Shown here in pieces: positions 1-11,908 of a DNA stretch of 64,000 nucleotides. A program made the position numbers and the translations under genes. The notes beneath the pieces were generated by a model. That model did no database searches. It saw nothing but the letters and a program-made list of their open reading frames with translations, and was not told the DNA's origin. The number at the start of each line of letters is the position of its first letter. The stretch's first letter is position 1. This DNA is from Botryllus schlosseri (Eukaryota): positions 21,144,001 through 21,208,000 of the forward strand of contig CM119371.1 in assembly GCA_051294905.1 (NCBI GenBank), read 5' to 3'.

Positions 1-795
1 CCAATACCGTTTTCACTTGGAAATCTATCTTTTCCCTGGGTAACAATATCATTTTCGTTTTGAAAACTGACAACCACACCGGACAATTTGATATTTTTGT
101 ATATTGTTACAACGGGTAGTGACAAAATATACACCAACAACGACTCCGATACATTTGTCTAATCAAATATTCACTTGCTCTGATGCATCCCATCAAAATC
201 ATTGGTTACTCACATACAATAACAATGTGCTGTTGTACATCGACATGTATGTTTTCGGAATTGGCGAATAAAGGGGTTTCCGATATGTCTGTGATGTCCG
301 GGTTCGTGCTTTGGATTTTCCAGAGTCAAAATGTCTGAATAAAACACCTCCTTGACTTTGGTAACTGGTTGATACACGGATAATGGTGTTCGGAAAACGG
401 ATGAATTTATGTTCCCCATCGCGCTAATAACTCCGGGTTACTTGTGAGTTTCCTCAGGTCTGTTTACTATATTGTGTCTTTACTGGTCAATACATGTCGC
501 TCCAGTCAGCTGCAACCGGATCACTAATATGAGAAAGTGTGTGGGCCTGATCCGGATATTCACTCATGAACCAACGACCAATATTCAAGTAAACATGTTA
601 CAGACCGTGTTTTGTCTCCATGAAAAATACCAATGCATACACCATCACATCAAGTACTTCACGATTGTTCACAAGTATTCGCGTAAACGAGGTGTACATA
701 CAATGTGTCGGTGTACAAACATCATGGAAAACAAATTCATGTTCTCAAGTATCATCATGCGACGACTCTGTACATTCAATGTGGGCATAGATGAC
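1..795. repeat. Left arm of long inverted repeat (pairs with 1770-2564; truncated by window start)
   Basis: Position n pairs with 2565-n. ORFs 210-419(-) and 2146-2355(+) are identical. The only difference I found is gttctcaag vs cttgggaac (FSS vs FPS in the mirrored ORFs). Confidence 0.97.
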
Positions 796-1769
796 TTGGG
801 GACAGACAAGCAGCCATATTTGGACGTAACACGATCTTAGTATGAGCCGCCTCAACCCAACTTGTGAAAAATGAATCTCACACGAGTACAACCCTTTCAC
901 TGGTTCACACCTTGATTTTGCAAGATTTTTCGGATTCTCATGTAGACTTGCATCGTGATCCAGACCTCGACTTAATCGGGTTGCGTAACTCGCTCAACCC
1001 CTGCGTATCGTTGGTCATAACCTGCTAACTTTTTCGCTGAGACCGCAGTGTTTCACCTGGTTTTATGTATTTGGTGATTACCATCGTTATCAATCTTTCA
1101 CGCGATGAATATGTCGGATGTCGCTACTCCCACATAACGACTCCAGCTAAACATCGTGAGCAGTGACTCCGGATTGAAATCGTAAACAGGGACTCTGTGT
1201 GTGTGTGTGAATCTCGAGTTCGATTACGATTAGATAATGTAATCCAGGGTGTGTCTCTGCGAGCTGAAGGCGGATTTCGTGTTAATCACACCGCAAGAGG
1301 GTGCTATCTCGTAACTCGACAGGTCAACATAAATCGCGGTTGGAAACTTTTGGTCTAGTTGATCCAGCTACGTATTGAAACGTTGTACCCACACAGCCCA
1401 TTGAGAAAACGTTGTCGTTACCTGACCATATCCACGAGTAAATATGGGACTACGCGTAACTGTCCATAGATTCCTCTGGCCCCACACCGTGGTTTTACGA
1501 CACAGACAAGATGCAGCGGTGGAAATATTGAAAATGAAAAACGATACCTTGGTGACATTTGATTTGGATTTTACACCTGATGAACCATACACTCGATTGG
1601 TACATTGGGATGACAACTCTATCGTCGAGGTCAAGGGAAAAGAAATGTACAGATTTGTTGGTGTTGTGGATATTCAGCGAAAATCAGGGTATATGGTTGT
1701 GTATGGTTCGCATATTTGACTGAGAATATATCGGTATGCATAATGCACTGTCCATGTATCATGTCGTGT

Positions 1770-2564
1770 GTCATCTATGCCCACATTGAATGTACAGAGT
1801 CGTCGCATGATGATACTTGGGAACATGAATTTGTTTTCCATGATGTTTGTACACCGACACATTGTATGTACACCTCGTTTACGCGAATACTTGTGAACAA
1901 TCGTGAAGTACTTGATGTGATGGTGTATGCATTGGTATTTTTCATGGAGACAAAACACGGTCTGTAACATGTTTACTTGAATATTGGTCGTTGGTTCATG
2001 AGTGAATATCCGGATCAGGCCCACACACTTTCTCATATTAGTGATCCGGTTGCAGCTGACTGGAGCGACATGTATTGACCAGTAAAGACACAATATAGTA
2101 AACAGACCTGAGGAAACTCACAAGTAACCCGGAGTTATTAGCGCGATGGGGAACATAAATTCATCCGTTTTCCGAACACCATTATCCGTGTATCAACCAG
2201 TTACCAAAGTCAAGGAGGTGTTTTATTCAGACATTTTGACTCTGGAAAATCCAAAGCACGAACCCGGACATCACAGACATATCGGAAACCCCTTTATTCG
2301 CCAATTCCGAAAACATACATGTCGATGTACAACAGCACATTGTTATTGTATGTGAGTAACCAATGATTTTGATGGGATGCATCAGAGCAAGTGAATATTT
2401 GATTAGACAAATGTATCGGAGTCGTTGTTGGTGTATATTTTGTCACTACCCGTTGTAACAATATACAAAAATATCAAATTGTCCGGTGTGGTTGTCAGTT
2501 TTCAAAACGAAAATGATATTGTTACCCAGGGAAAAGATAGATTTCCAAGTGAAAACGGTATTGG
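1770..2564. repeat. Right arm of long inverted repeat
   Basis: Reverse complement of 1-795; 974-bp unique spacer at 796-1769. Confidence 0.97.
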
Positions 2565-3060
2565 TACTCGGGTAAATGATAGTTTTCCAGACGAAAAGGG
2601 TTTGTTACCCAGGAGAAATGATTAGTTACTCTAGGAAAAGCTAGATGACCAAGAGAAAATGTATTGTTACACTGGGTAAACGCCAGATCTCCAAAGGAAA
2701 ATGATATTTTTACTCAGGTAAACGACGACCCACCAAGTGAAAATGGCTTGTTGCTCAGGGAAAAAGGTTTGTTACCCGGGGAAAAAGGTTTGTTGCCCAG
2801 AGAAAAAATATATTTCCAAGTGAAAAAGGTTTGTTAACCAGAGAAAAAAATATATTTCCAAGTGAAAAAGGTTTGTTACCCAGAGAAAAAATATATTTCC
2901 AAGTGAAAAAGGTTTGTTATCCAGGGAAAAAATTGATTTCCAAAGGAAAAGGGGTTTGTTACTCTGGGTAAACATCAGATCTCCAAAGGAAAATGATATG
3001 TTTAGCCAGGTAAACGACGGACTGTCAAGTGAAAGTGGTAATTTTACATAGGTAAACGTC
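2520..3060 (+). repeat. 21/42-bp periodic tandem repeat, probably a decayed coding repeat
   Basis: Units like gaaaaaggtttgttacccagagaaaaaatatatttccaagt. They translate as recurring FPSEKGLLPREK / SPKENDxFxQVND peptides broken by frameshifts in A-runs. Confidence 0.8.
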
Positions 3061-6000
3061 GTGGGTTCAGTGTCGTTGGTCTTGTTAAACGCCGCTGTCG
3101 ATGAACAAAAAAGCCGAGTTGGCGGTATATGACTACGAAGGGAGAGAATGAAATTTTTATTTTGAGTACCAGAAGGATGTTGTATGTAGATTTGACAGTA
3201 ACCCTATCATTCGCATATGACAAACACAATCATGGCCATTAACTAACTTGCTCGGTCTAGATCAACGCAAAAGAGATGATTCGTTTTTTGAAACCGTAGC
3301 GAAGACCACATGTAAATCTATGCGATGGACTTCTATCTCCTTACATTCAGTCGTGTCGTGTCCATTTTAATACGGTCCCCACGTGTATGACATGCACACA
3401 CTAACACCGTAAACAGAAGTCGATGATTTTGATTAATAAAAATATTTCTTGACTACAAGTATGTTTTGGGAAATTAAAATTTATTTTTCTGTATGTGACG
3501 AAATGAAAATAGATTCGTGGTTTTAATTGAATTGTGACTGCGTTGTTTTAATGTACGTTTCAACAGGTAGACTTGACACTGAACAACAATTCACCTCACA
3601 AAAAATGTTTGTTATATGATTTGTCACTGGTGCGCAAAGGGTTAGGAATATTTTTGTATGATAATATCTTCTAGCTGTTTTGTTGTGAGGGTAATCATGT
3701 GGTGACTCAGCACTTTTCGTTAGCAAAGTAGATTGATCTATGTGAAATATGTAAGGACGGTGACTAGAAAACATGTGTACTTTGTTGTTGGAGTACTGCT
3801 ATGGCGTTGAAATAACCCTCTGGAAGTGAGTATGCTTTTCTTTCACGAAAGTTTACGTGGCTCCGTTGTAATAAATTTGTGTTAACTAAACTCGGATGGA
3901 TACCGCAATTGTGCTGGACTTACACATGGTATTCGCATACTGTACACATACAAACTTTTGTGTAAACAACTCTGATGTTTCTGTTGGTACTAGTGCTGTG
4001 TTGAACTATTCGGTTCTTAAGACACATGAACAACCATTCAGACAATAAAGGTCTTGAGGTAACGAAACAGTTTGTAGAGTCAAACCAACCATTCTTTAGT
4101 TTCGTAATGTGAGAATATCGAGTAAAGTTGATTACTTTGTGTGATGTAAATATCTTTCGTACTTTTGTAAGAGTAGTGGGGGTCTCATGAAAAAAGTAAC
4201 TTGTTGACAAAAACAAAATATTGAATGAAGGTTCGTCTGTTGTTTTCGTAAGTCAAGAGAGTGAAAATTGTTGTTGTTGTTTTTGTTACACTAAATCGAA
4301 ATAGTGTGAAAGCGTCACCAATCATTGCGTATGTTCGTAGCATGAGCGAATATATTCGTGTACCATGAACATCTTTCATATACACTTAGTATGAAATGAG
4401 ATGCGTGGAATAATAATTAGTGTCCTACAAAAGTAAAACTTGTTGCGTTTGATTGTATACTTTATATCGATGTCTTTGTGATGTTGAAAGACAGCTGTGT
4501 TTACATTTGAATATAGTAAGCGGAGTAACTCAAGTAATAAATTTTACTCGTTTGAAAATACCGGTCAATGGAGTAACAGTATCAATATGAGTGGTAATTA
4601 TTTTTCGTGATATACAACCAATCTTCCAAGCATAACTTTTCCAAAAATCGTCGTGGCATAGTCGGCTGTTACGAATTCGAAACAAATGTACTTCGATTAT
4701 CACGATGATGGAAATTACGACCAACACAGTATTTCGTAAGTGAATGTGTATCGTTTGGTATGTTCAGCAGTCACTAAATGACAAAAATAGCAAACTGATG
4801 CAACCCGGTAGTTAAACGATACAGTTACAAGTTGGATGTAATCTTGATTTACAGATGACAGCTTGATGAGTATTGTGATGACATTTACTTTAGCGAATGA
4901 CAACGGAAAAATTTTCGATTGCATTGTCGGCGTATGTGTTACACAAATAATTCTAGTACACCTAACTATAGGATGCATTTGACAAACATCGTACAAATTG
5001 TTTCGTTGTGATGGTAACGACTTTCAGCGGTTTGGTTTCATGTCGGGAATTATTATTTGGGGGTTCAAAAACAATCAATACTACAAATGAACAACAATAC
5101 AAAACACGTTAAGTGAATTACAGCGTAGCAAGTACTTCCTTGATATCACGATTGTTGTGTACCAGACATTTCTAACTGAATTGAATGCATCTAGCAAACA
5201 TATTCCAATTTACTTTTGTAATGATCAAAGTATGTGAAAGGGTGCGAATGGATTAGGTATTAATCAAGCGGCGGTATGTCAATTCACCTAGTGTGATATC
5301 TTGACACCGGATAATGTGCGAAAGTGTTTCAATTCTCACTGCTGATTATGATGATAAAGTATTGTACCGGTTATTGTTTAACAAAGGAAATTGTTGTTTC
5401 ATCTTTAGTCTTGGTTAGTGGAGACAAATACATTTGTAAAATATTTTCTGATATCCGCGATACGCAGGGTGATATGTACCAAGGTGGAATAATTTTCCAT
5501 TCAAGGACATTTCAGACACGCATAGTTTTACAACTCAATATGTTAATAACAACGGCACTGAAAAGTTTGTTGCTGTCATAATAACCTTTACCACAACGCC
5601 GGGTCTAATTAACGCGAATAATTTAATAATCAAGTCATGATAGACCATTACAAAATCTCATATGTTAAATCGATGTGACAATCCTTATGTTTACATCACG
5701 ATAATTTTCGATACAACACCTGCGTTCGATTGTAAGAAACTACGATGGTCATACTTTCAAATGTCGTATACTCAAATATATTATGTTAATCTCAAGTCGC
5801 CGACATCGAGAAGTAATTACTTTTGTCTTACAAAATATACCGCATAGTAATTTCTTTGTCTTGCGGCATAGTAACGACTTTTACAGTTGAACAAAAAAAA
5901 AAGACGAGTTGGTGGTATATGCCTAAAACCGAACTTGATATGTTTGTGGGTTGTAGTAATTACTTGGATAGTCTTGCCTACTTTTCGTATGGACACTTTT

Positions 6001-6914
6001 TGCTTTGGTTCGGTGAGTTACAAACGGATTGACTTGACAAGGTTTTTGTATTTTACTCTTTTGTGTATGGTAAGATGTTAAAATGTTGAGATGTCATAGT
6101 GATAATATTTCTGAAACTATCTTTGCCAAACGGAAAGTCCGATCGCGAATATAGTTGTAATATTTCATTACTTGTTTCAAATCAATATGCGTATAATTTC
6201 GAAATGTGACTGGGTGAAAGTTGGTAGTTATGTTTGTCAATCTATTTCAATTCAGATTATGTCAAAGTCCTAATATTTCATTTTGGATTATCTGAATTTA
6301 CCTTTAGTACATCCCGCGAACGGATTCCGACGCCGTACTATAACATTCTTAATAATACAGGTTCGAGGATTTTCATGATAGAGTTGACAAGTGATAAGAT
6401 GCGTGTTTGTATTAAGAGTTGGATTTCAAGTTGACAAAGACAATAACTGTATAATGCACATACTTGTGATTCTTGATTCTTGTAGAGTTATAGTTGGTAT
6501 TGATTCTATAGGTGTGAAAACAGCAGCGCGAATGTGTGAATAATTCAATGTGACTGAAAGTCGGCGTCAGTAATATTCAGGTTACGGTCGAATCAAAAGA
6601 TCACGTTAAAAAGATTTCTCAAATTAGAATTGTACCGAATTAACACATTCAGATACGAATCAACTTGAGCTGTGTAGCAAGTTTCATTTCAAGTTGTCAA
6701 ATTGATGCATTGCTTGAATATTCGCATGATTCTTATCACGCAAAGTCAACGACTGTTCCAAAGTGTCAAAACATATAGCGATCGCGTGCAAGTGTCAAAT
6801 TGTTGGTTTTCGAATCACGGTCTGCGCTGGTACTGTTATTCATTACTTATTACTTGATAGTAACAACCGCCGACATATTACACTGTAGCGATTGGGATGT
6901 ATGTAATGACAAGA

Positions 6915-7241
6915 CGCGAGAAATGGCTATGTCTTTGGTGTTATCTTGTGAGCGATCGTGGGATTTGTAACCTATTTCACACGTTTTTTGAAGTGTTGGT
7001 TTGTGAACGCGGCTATTGTTGATATTCGAATCGCCGTCTACGCCGGCTCTGTGGCAAACTAATTATCAAAATATTACTTGTGCGTAATTCCTACCTTTGT
7101 AACATCAAACCACGAGAGATGGCTATTCTTATGTGTTATCTTGTGAGCGCTTGTAGAGAATATTTCACACCTTTTTGGAGTGTTAGTTTGTGAACGCGGC
7201 TATTGTTGGTATTCGAGTCACCGTCTACGCCGGCTCCGTGG
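6915..7241. repeat. Imperfect direct repeat (~6915-7054 vs ~7113-7241)
   Basis: Both copies contain atggctat...gtgttatcttgtgagcg...tatttcacac...tttgtgaacgcggctattgttg...ccgtctacgccggctc. Confidence 0.85.
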
Positions 7242-7644
7242 TAGATTTTCAGCCAAGGAATACTTGAATAATTTTGGGGATGATAAAAAAGTTAATGATA
7301 CGATTGTGCGTGCTTTTGTGAAGAGTTTGATTTCAGAGTAATAAACGAATGTGTAAATGTGTATACTTGTGATTCTTGTTGCGACTGTGAACAGCAGACT
7401 ATTCTGTAGGCGCGAAACAGCGAATAAGCCGAAAGTATTATTCAGGTAGCAATCAATAGTGAGGAAAGAGAACACGATCGGTCATTTGACACGACTGAAC
7501 TACGACATCATATATCATAATTTACGATATACACATTAGCAAAGGTTCATTCACATGACTATTTACTTGATACACATTCAACACGAAGTACGACACGCCA
7601 ACAACGTTAGCATGCGACCGATTACTATACTGAAAAGGTTTACC

Positions 7645-8034
7645 GTGCGACCACAAGACACAATAGCCGCTCGCCACCGCACCCATAAGACATAAAAGCC
7701 GCTTGCCACCCCGTGCAACTAGGACCAGCCGCTTGCGACCCCACCCATAAGAAATAAGAACCGCTTGCCGCCGCACCCATAAGACGCAATAGCCGCTCGC
7801 CGCCGCGCCCATAAGAAATAAGAGCCGCTCGCCACCCCCGGTTTTTCCAGCCGCTCGCCGCCGCGCCCATAAGAAATAAGAGCCGCTTGCCGCCGCACCC
7901 ATAAGACGCAATAGCCGCTCGCCGCCGCACCCATAAGAAATAAGAGCCGCTCGCCACCACGAGTTTTCCAGCCGCTCGCCGCCGCGCCCATAAGAGCCCA
8001 TAGCCGCATGCGACCGATCATACTAACTACTACT
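7645..8034. repeat. GC-rich ~31-bp tandem array forming the putative terminal inverted repeat
   Basis: Units ccgctcgccgccgc(a/g)cccataag(aaataaga|acgcaatag), interspersed with gccac...gttttccag units; ends in ACTACTACT. Confidence 0.85.
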
Positions 8035-11000
8035 AACCACTGCTCCATACCAGCCTCTTAAATCTGTCAATTTCCACAGATAACTCCAAAAAGTCTACCT
8101 CGTCGTCATAGGTGCTTTTAAAAGCGCTGGTGAATAAATTGTGACTTTCGCTTTGCAGCAGCGCGTGGGGATTAAAAAATCCAAACATCATTAGGTGGTG
8201 TAGGCTATGCCGGTAAACCTAGTTTGAGCTTCAAGTTTAGTTGTCACACTTGAATACCCAGACAGGCCTGCTGCTGAGCCAGCTAAAAGTAGCATAATTG
8301 GTCATGGTCATCATATAGTTAGCCAGACCCTCCGAGCGCTCAAATTTAAGAATACCGATCTTGATCGAAAGCTAATGTTAACCTGATTCCAGAAATACAA
8401 TTTAAATACTGGTATATAAATCGGCATTGTTCCGAATAATCGCTCGAAAAAATTTCCATTATCATTGTCAATTGGTCAGTGTGTTGCGGCGCTCTGATTG
8501 TCAGGAACAATCAACCTTGATGGCTATTTTGGAGTGGTTCTATTGTCATGTTAAGATATTAATTCGTGTTTTCGGAATCAGCGCGACACTAGCTTTTGAT
8601 TGAGACCAGTTTAATAAAATTTTAGCTCACGGGATGACAGCTATAGGACTACCAATTACGCTGCTTTTAGCCGGCTGTGTATACAGTACACTGTGTAGCC
8701 TCATTTTGCCGCCCCCTTGGAGCCTGCCGCCCCTGGCGCAGAGCCAGAACCGCCAAGTGCCTGCTACGCCACTGCTTCTTTGTCCAGCGGCATATATACA
8801 GATCGTGTGTATGCGTATCATGAGACGGTGTATATGCCGCAAATAACATCGAGGACAAAAATTAACTATACTTTCCTTTCCGTATTGGTGTCTTATCGGT
8901 AAGTCGAAATCAATGCCTTCGATGTGCGATTCAGCTGTCATAGTGGTGGTGGTAGATGACCGGGAAGTAGATATGTTTATAAGTCACCTCAAAGCATTAT
9001 CACCTGATGGTATAAGCGACGTAAATAGTTTCGTTATCATTTTCAGTATAGAGGCAGTGCTATTGGGCATGGACCATACGAATTAGTGTGATTAGCATCA
9101 TTGTCTCGGTATTCACGAGCTATTCACTTAATTCAAGCTGTACCTGTATACACTTGCATAGGTGTTCGTCCTATAGTGCTTTGTTTACAGTCCTAAGCTA
9201 TCCTAAAATGTCAGTTCTAACGCCCTAAACCTAAATTCTAACTCAACCCTCAGCATCAAATGGGCTATATTCGCTTGAGAACTTTATATCATCTACAAAG
9301 TAGAGGGAAAAGCATTAGGCCCTGTCAAGTCGCATGTTACAACGGCTAGAGGACGACAGATTGGGATTGGATTAGGATTACCGATATTATTCAATCTGTG
9401 GTTAAATGCGGAATTTTCATTGATACATCACGGCTCGGCCGAAAAAGCGTGATCACGTAACGCCGATACCTAGATCCTTGCGTTAAAAATCGGTGTTTGT
9501 ACAATCTCCTTCTTCACGTCCTCAAATGCATGGAGGAAAGTGTACCAGCTCATCTTTTTGAGCTTTTGATGTTCTACAATCTCAGAAGGACATTACGTTC
9601 TAAGTCACCAGATTTTTTGTCGGTGCCCATAATCATTCATCCCGTATACCTATGCAGTCCATCTTTTATTCATATCTTTGAACGTTTGTAAAAATATTTT
9701 ATTAGCCTCGAGTATTGCGCCCTATTGTAGTGATGTGTACCAGATCACACCCTTTCAGCTGGAGATAGGCCGTAAGAACACCAGAGCATGCATCGTATGT
9801 GAGTTTACACCCGTATAGTTGGAAAAAATGTACATTACGAATATACATTTTTGTCGCACTCCGTGTGACACCAATGTAAATTGGTTGAAATTCTGTTCTG
9901 CCAACCTTCAATGCTTCAGAGGTTTATCTAGGTTCCTTATATCTAACCTCATTGCCGTAGTAGTGTTTTGAACAATCCTATAGCCTAGAGTGCAGGTGAG
10001 CCGAGCCAAAAGTCGGAAGTATAGATCAAGCTACGGACGCATGAAAAACGAGAGACACCGATGGTGAAAGAGCGCGAACATGGATGTCGTCCGAAATATT
10101 GCCAAGACCTAACGACACTGATGCTTAAGGATACTGATGTTACTGTCGTAGCGCAAATGGCCTTATATATAGGCGACGACAAGCGTCACTGCTGCGTGTG
10201 AATGAAACACCACAAAAACGGAACAAATCTATTTTAAAAAATCTTTGCATTTCGCATACCCATCAAAATCGACACTGTCTGCGTGAGATGCAAAAATTTT
10301 CTCTGCGGGTGGCATGAATGCACATAGCACACCCCTGTTTTAAGCAATCGAAATCATTGTCGACTAAATGTAATTCAAAACAATGATTTTGTAGTAGCTG
10401 ATGCTTCCATAAATACAGGTGCAATGTTCGATAATGTTCAATAATAGTGACTATGTAAATTATTTGTCACACCTGAGCTAGTATTTGTACTGCATGCGAC
10501 ACAGTATTCTTTCCAATTGCGTGAGTCACGTAGTTTCACCAATCGTTACCAATAGTTACCAATAATTCAGCGATGGCAGTCCTCGAACCCGTTAAATATT
10601 AATACCGTTGTAAAATACGGAGATTTGAAGAGCTATTCTTTTTATGTGGACCAAAGGTGTTTGCGACCATGAAAACCTTTTTCAGTAGCCAATTTTATAA
10701 CTATTTGAAATCAATGAGTTTTTACGACATTTAGCAGTAAAAATGTACCGTCGCCAATAATTCTACAAGTCGGCCTACATATTATATCGATATATCGTCG
10801 TGGAAAATTATGCACCATCACAGTCAATCATTGAACTCCTTATATTGAAGATACTACCAAAACATTCAGCTTGGTGTATAATTTTAAATGTAGGTATATT
10901 TTTAACAAAATTCCATGTGAAAAATGGGGAAATTATACCAATAGCGTGCCAGTAATATCGAGACGGTAAATATAGGCGTAGCAGAATGAAACGTTCGAAT

Positions 11001-11339
11001 GCTTGAACCTAAATTGATGTGGCGGACTTCGGTGGTTTGATTTTTATGACGTCACTCCACATTTTTTATGAAGTCACTCCACATATCATTGTGACGTAGG
11101 GAACATAGATGATTTTACTCAAATCACGCATTATACGCCACTGGCCACTGGCTGCGTGACAGTCTATACTCTGGTGGTACAACTGGAGTGGTTGAAACTG
11201 AGATTGGTTCGAGGTCTACTTTCAATTTTAAGTACATCCTGTGATCTATCATTACTCGGTTTTCCGTAGAGATTGGAGTCATATGTATTTAATTTTTAAC
11301 ATCGCTCACTCATGATTCGTGTGACTCATTATCTCAACC

Positions 11340-11655
11340 CAGTGGTTCCCAACCTTGGGTCAGACACGCCACCCTTTATGATATGGAAAAAATTCGTGCC
11401 CCTCATTGTCATATCACAGAATCCATCCTTGATGCTAGCAACTCCAACAGATTGTTTGATGGCCTGGAAGGTTATAACTGTTGATGAGAGAATTTAAAAA
11501 TATGAAATTCGCTGTATATATAGAGAAACACGAGTGAATTGGAGGTAAATCGCGCAAAGCGCGAACATATTTTGACCACTTCTTCGCGGCCCCCGTTCTG
11601 AGCTTTCTCGTCCCCCTAAGGGGGGGGGGCGTGCCCACCAGGTTGGAAACCACTG
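11340..11655. mobile_element. hAT-type MITE
   Basis: TIR CAGTGGTTCCCAACC...GGTTGGAAACCACTG, flanked by ATCTCAAC(C) on both sides. Interior related to 23017-23245. Confidence 0.85.
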
Positions 11656-11908
11656 ATCTCAACCAATTATGCTGAGCTCGGAATATAACACACGGAACGA
11701 ATCGTTAATCGTTTGAACTTTAATATAATTTGATACCGTATCAAATTAAACGCGCATTGCCCCATCAACATTGAAACATCGCGTCATCATATATGATTGG
11801 TACACGTCAATGCGATATTTCAATGATATATACTACAAGTATTGATCATCTGACAAATTAGGGTTCCTTATGGGCACGGTTATTATTAAATCAGTATGAA
11901 TGAACTTG

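Larger units (their letters stand above)
1..8034. mobile_element. Right portion of a decayed Polinton/Maverick-like element (left part outside window)
   Basis: Ends ...TACTAACTACTACT at 8034 (minus strand 5'-AGTAGTAGTTAGTA), the short-repeat AG(T) terminus type described for Polintons. A ~400 bp GC-rich tandem array precedes it. The interior has stop-interrupted protein-like frames and none of the MITEs seen elsewhere. I could not recognise pPolB, integrase, ATPase or capsid genes. Confidence 0.5.

Noticed and set aside
210..840. Duplicated ORFs 210-419 and 472-840 as conserved genes
   Set aside because: Identity merely reflects the DNA inverted repeat; no independent coding evidence.
4530..4727. 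F-box-like LCHDDFWK motif
   Set aside because: No upstream F-box core in frame; too short to support.
7645..8005. CRISPR-like appearance of the repeat arrays (also 2520-3060)
   Set aside because: No unique spacers, no cas genes, eukaryotic context.
7522..8048. Three overlapping repetitive ORFs
   Set aside because: By-products of the GC-rich ~31-bp tandem array; all frames are open with the same shifted peptides.
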